Below, piece after piece: positions 60,201-64,000 of a stretch of DNA of 64,000 bases (the stretch's first letter is position 1; the number at the start of each line of letters is the position of its first letter). The stretch comes from Eledone cirrhosa. Lineage: Eukaryota. Position numbers and translations under genes: made by a program. The stretch is from positions 276,520,001 through 276,584,000 of the forward strand of contig OZ024743.1 in the NCBI GenBank assembly GCA_964016885.1. Direction: 5' to 3'. Below the pieces are notes generated by a model. It searched no databases, was not told where the DNA came from, and saw nothing but the letters and a program-made list of their open reading frames with translations.

Positions 60201-63200
60201 AAGAAGCAACACTAACACCACAAACAACACAACCAGCAGTTGCTAGAAGAAGCAACACTAACCCCACAAACAACACCACCAGTAGTTGGTAGAAGAAGCA
60301 ACACTAACACCACAAACAACACCACCAGCAGTTGCTAGAAGCAACACTAACACCACAAACAACACCACCAGCAGTTGCTAGAAGAAGCAACACTAACACC
60401 ACAAACAACACCACCAGCAGTTGCTAGAAGAAGCAACACTAATACCACAAACAACACCACCAGCAGTAGCTAGAAGAAGCAACACTAACACCACAAACAA
60501 CACCACCAGCAGTTGCTAGAAGAAGCAACACTAACACCACAAACAACACCACCAGCAGTTGCTAGAAGCAACACTAACACCACAAACAACACCACCAGCA
60601 GTTGCTAGAAGAAGCAACACTAACACAACAAACAACACCACCAGCAGTAGCTAGAAGAAGCAACACTAACACCACAAACAACACCACCAGCAGTTGCTAG
60701 AAGAAGCAACACTAACACCACAAACAACACCACCAGCAGTTGCTAGAAGCAACACTAACACCACAAACAACACCACCAGCAGTTGCTAGAAGAAGCAACA
60801 CTAACACACAAACAACACCACCAGCAGTTGCTAGAAGAAGCAACACTAACACCACAAACAACACCACCAGCAGTTGCTAGAAGAAGCAACACTAACACCA
60901 CAAACAACACCACCAGCAGTTGCTAGAAGCAACACTAACACCACAAACAACACCACCAGCAGTAGCTAGAAGAAGCAACACTAACACCACAAAGAACACC
61001 ACCAGCAGTTGCTAGAAGAAGCAACACTAACACCACAAACAATACCACCAGCAGTTGCTAGAAGAAGCAACACTAACACCACAAACAACACCACCAGCAG
61101 TAGCTAGAAGAAGCAACACTAACACCACAAACAACGCCACCAGCAGTTGCTAGAAGAAGCAACACTAACACCACAAACAACACCACCAGCAGTTGCTAGA
61201 AGCAACACTAACACCACAAACAACACCACCAGCAGTTGCTAGAAGAAGCAACACTAACACCACAAACAACACCACTAGCAGTTGCTAGAAGCAACACTAA
61301 CACCACAAACAACACCAGCAGCAGTTGCTAGAAGAAGCAACACTAACACACAAACAACACCACCAGCAGTTGCTAGAAGAAGCAACACTAACACCACAAA
61401 CAACACCACCAGCAGTTGCTAGAAGAAGCAACACTAACACCACAAACAACACCACCAGCAGTTGCTAGAAGCAACACTAACACCACAAACAACACCACCA
61501 GCAGTTGCTAGAAGAAGCAACACTAACACCACAAACAAACCAGCAGCAGTTGCTAGAAGAAGCAACACTAACACCACAAACAACACCACCAGCAGTTGCT
61601 AGAAGAAGCAACACTAACACCACAAACAACACCACCAGCAGTTGCTAGAAGAAGCAACACTAACACCACAAACAACACCACCAGCAGTTGCTAGAAGAAG
61701 CAACACTAACACCACAAACAACACCACCAGCAGTTGCTAGAAGAAGCAACACTAACACCACAAACAACACCACCAGCAGTTGCTAGAAGAAGCAACACTA
61801 ACACCACAAACAACACCACCAGCAGTTGCTAGAAGCAACACTAACACCACAAACACCACCACCAGCAGTTGCTAGAAGAAGCAACACTAACGCCACAAAC
61901 AACACCACCAGCAGTTGCTAGAAGAAGCAACACTAACACCACAAACAACACCACCAGCAGTTGCTAGAAGAAGCAACACTAACACCACAAACAACACCAC
62001 CAGCAGTTGCTAGAAGAAGCAACACTAACACCACAAACAACACCACCAGCAGTTGCTAGAAGAAGCAACACTAACACCACAAACAACACCACCAGCAGTT
62101 GCTAGAAGATGCAACACTAACCCCACAAACACCACCACCAGCAGTTGCTAGAAGAAGCAACACTAACACCACAAACAACACCACCAGCAGTTGCTAGAAG
62201 AAGCAACACTAACCCCACAAACAACACCCCTAGTAGTTGCTAGAAGAAGCAATACTAACACCACAAACAACACCACCAGCAGTTGCTAGAAGCAACACTA
62301 ACACCACAAACAACACCACCAGCAGTTGCTAGAAGAAGCAACACTAACACCACAAACAACACCACCAGCAGTTGCTAGAAGAAGCAACACTAACACCACA
62401 AACAACACCACCAGCAGTAGCTAGAAGAAGCAACACTAACACCACAAACAACACCACCAGCAGTTGCTAGAAGAAGCAACACTAACACCACAAACAACAC
62501 CACCAGCAGTTGTTAGAAGCAACACTAACACCACAAACAACACCACCAGCAGTTGCTAGAAGAAGCAACACTAACACCACAAACAACACCAGCATAAGTT
62601 GCTAGAAGAAGCAACACTAACACCACAAACAACACCACCAGCAGTTGCTAGAAGAAGCAACACTAACACCACAAACAACACCACCAGCAGTTGCTAGAAG
62701 AAGCAACACTAACACCACAAACAACACCACCAGCAGTTGCTAGAAGAAGCAACACTAACACCACAAACAACACCACCAGCAGTTGCTAGAAGCACCACTA
62801 ACACCACAAACAACACCACCAGCAGTTGCTAGAAGAAGCAACACTAACACCACAAACAAACCAGCAGCAGTTGCTAGAAGAAGCAACACTAACACCACAA
62901 ACAACACCACCAGCAGTAGCTAGAAGAAGCAACACTAACACCACAAACAACACCACCAGCAGTTGTTAGAAGAAGCAACACTAACACCACAAACAACACC
63001 ACCAGCAGTAGCTAGAAGAAGCAACACTAACACCACAAACAACACCACCAGCAGTAGATAGAAGAAGCAACACTAACACCACAAACAACACCATCAGCAG
63101 TTGCTAGAAGAAGCAGCACTAACACCACAAACAACACCACTAGCAGTAGCTAGAAGAAGCAACACTAACACCACAAACAACACCACCAGCAGTTGTTAGA

Positions 63201-64000
63201 AGAAGCAACACTAACACCACAAACAACACCACCAGCAGTTGCTAGAAGCAACACTAACACCACAAACAACACCACCAGCAGTTGCTAGAAGAAACAACAC
63301 TAACACCACAAACAACATCACCAGCAGTTGCTAGAAGAAGCAACACTAACACCACAAACAACACCACCAGCAGTTGCTAGAAGAAGCAACACTAACACCA
63401 CAAACAACACCACCAGCAGTAGCTAGAAGAAGCAACACTAACACCACAAACAACATCACCAGCAGTTGCTAAAAGAAGCAACACTAACACCACAAACAAC
63501 ACCACCAGCAGTTGCTAGAAGAAGCAACACTAACACCACAGAAAACACCACCAGCAGTTGCTAGAAGAAGCAACACTAACACCACAAACAACACCACCAG
63601 CAGTAGCTAGAAGAAGCAACACTAACACCACAAACAACACCACCAGCAGTAGCTAGAAGAAGCAACACTAACACCACAAACAACACCACCAGCAGTGGCT
63701 AGAAGAGGCAACACTAACACCACAAACAACACCACCAGCAGTTGCTAGAAGAAGCAACACTAACACCACAAACAACACCACCAGCAGTTGATAGAAGAAG
63801 CAACACTGACACCACAAACAACACCACCAGCAGTTGCTAGAAGAAGCAACACTAACACCACAAACAACACCACCAGCAGTTGCTAGAAGAAGGAACACTA
63901 ACACCACAAACAACACCACCAGCAGTAGCTAAAAGAAGCAACACTAACACCACAAACAACATCACCAGCAGTTGCTAGAAGAAGCAACACTAACACCACA

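Larger units (their letters stand above)
1..64000. repeat. Tandem satellite array, 46-bp monomer (ACCACAAACAACACCACCAGCAGTTGCTAGAAGAAGCAACACTAAC), about 1,400 head-to-tail copies, extends beyond both window ends
   Basis: Bases 1-46 repeat at 47 and onward throughout. Most monomers match the consensus or differ at 1-2 positions. Length variants of 45, 43 and 31 bp occur. No inversion or foreign insert was seen. Copy number is estimated as 64000/46. Confidence 0.99.

Noticed and set aside
1-64000. CRISPR array (palindromic GTTGC...GCAAC repeat at regular spacing)
   Set aside because: The sequence between the palindromes is the same in every unit, so there are no unique spacers. There is also no leader and no cas gene.
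1-64000. Giant mucin-like repeat protein under a reassigned code (the consensus has only TAA/TAG stops and no TGA, so all frames would be open if these encode Gln)
   Set aside because: The 46-bp unit is not a multiple of 3, so each variant is read in all three frames. One-base deletions and TGA-creating variants (GTTGATAG, GATGAAG) are freely amplified and there is no codon-position bias. Openness follows from T-poverty.
1-64000. Rolling-circle or sequencing concatemer artefact, or telomerase-templated product
   Set aside because: Variants are inherited in ordered blocks at nested fixed offsets with differing divergence. That indicates genomic evolution by duplication, not repeated copying of one template or random read errors.
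1-64000. G-quadruplex on the GT-rich strand
   Set aside because: The consensus has only GG dinucleotides (three per monomer) and no GGG runs, so it lacks a canonical G4 motif.

Overview
The whole 64-kb window is one uninterrupted, head-to-tail tandem array of a 46-bp monomer, consensus ACCACAAACAACACCACCAGCAGTTGCTAGAAGAAGCAACACTAAC. That is roughly 1,400 copies, all in one orientation and running off both window ends. I see no genes, RNA genes, transposon insertions or unique sequence. The six listed ORFs are by-products of the repeat. The informative structure lies in the variants. Rare substitutions and deletions recur at fixed offsets and reveal nested higher-order duplications (89 bp, about 1.3 kb, 2.3 kb, 2.8 kb, a near-perfect 9,575-bp tandem duplication, and dispersed copies 4.6, 7.4 and 41.8 kb apart). 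Each monomer carries a 6-bp inverted repeat (GTTGCT-AGAAGA-AGCAAC), is strongly strand-skewed (36/46 A+C) and is built from triplet-like subunits. It is most plausibly eukaryotic satellite DNA (centromeric, heterochromatic or subtelomeric), but I cannot assign the organism, the family or a function from sequence alone. All offsets were read by eye from marker variants and duplication breakpoints are approximate.
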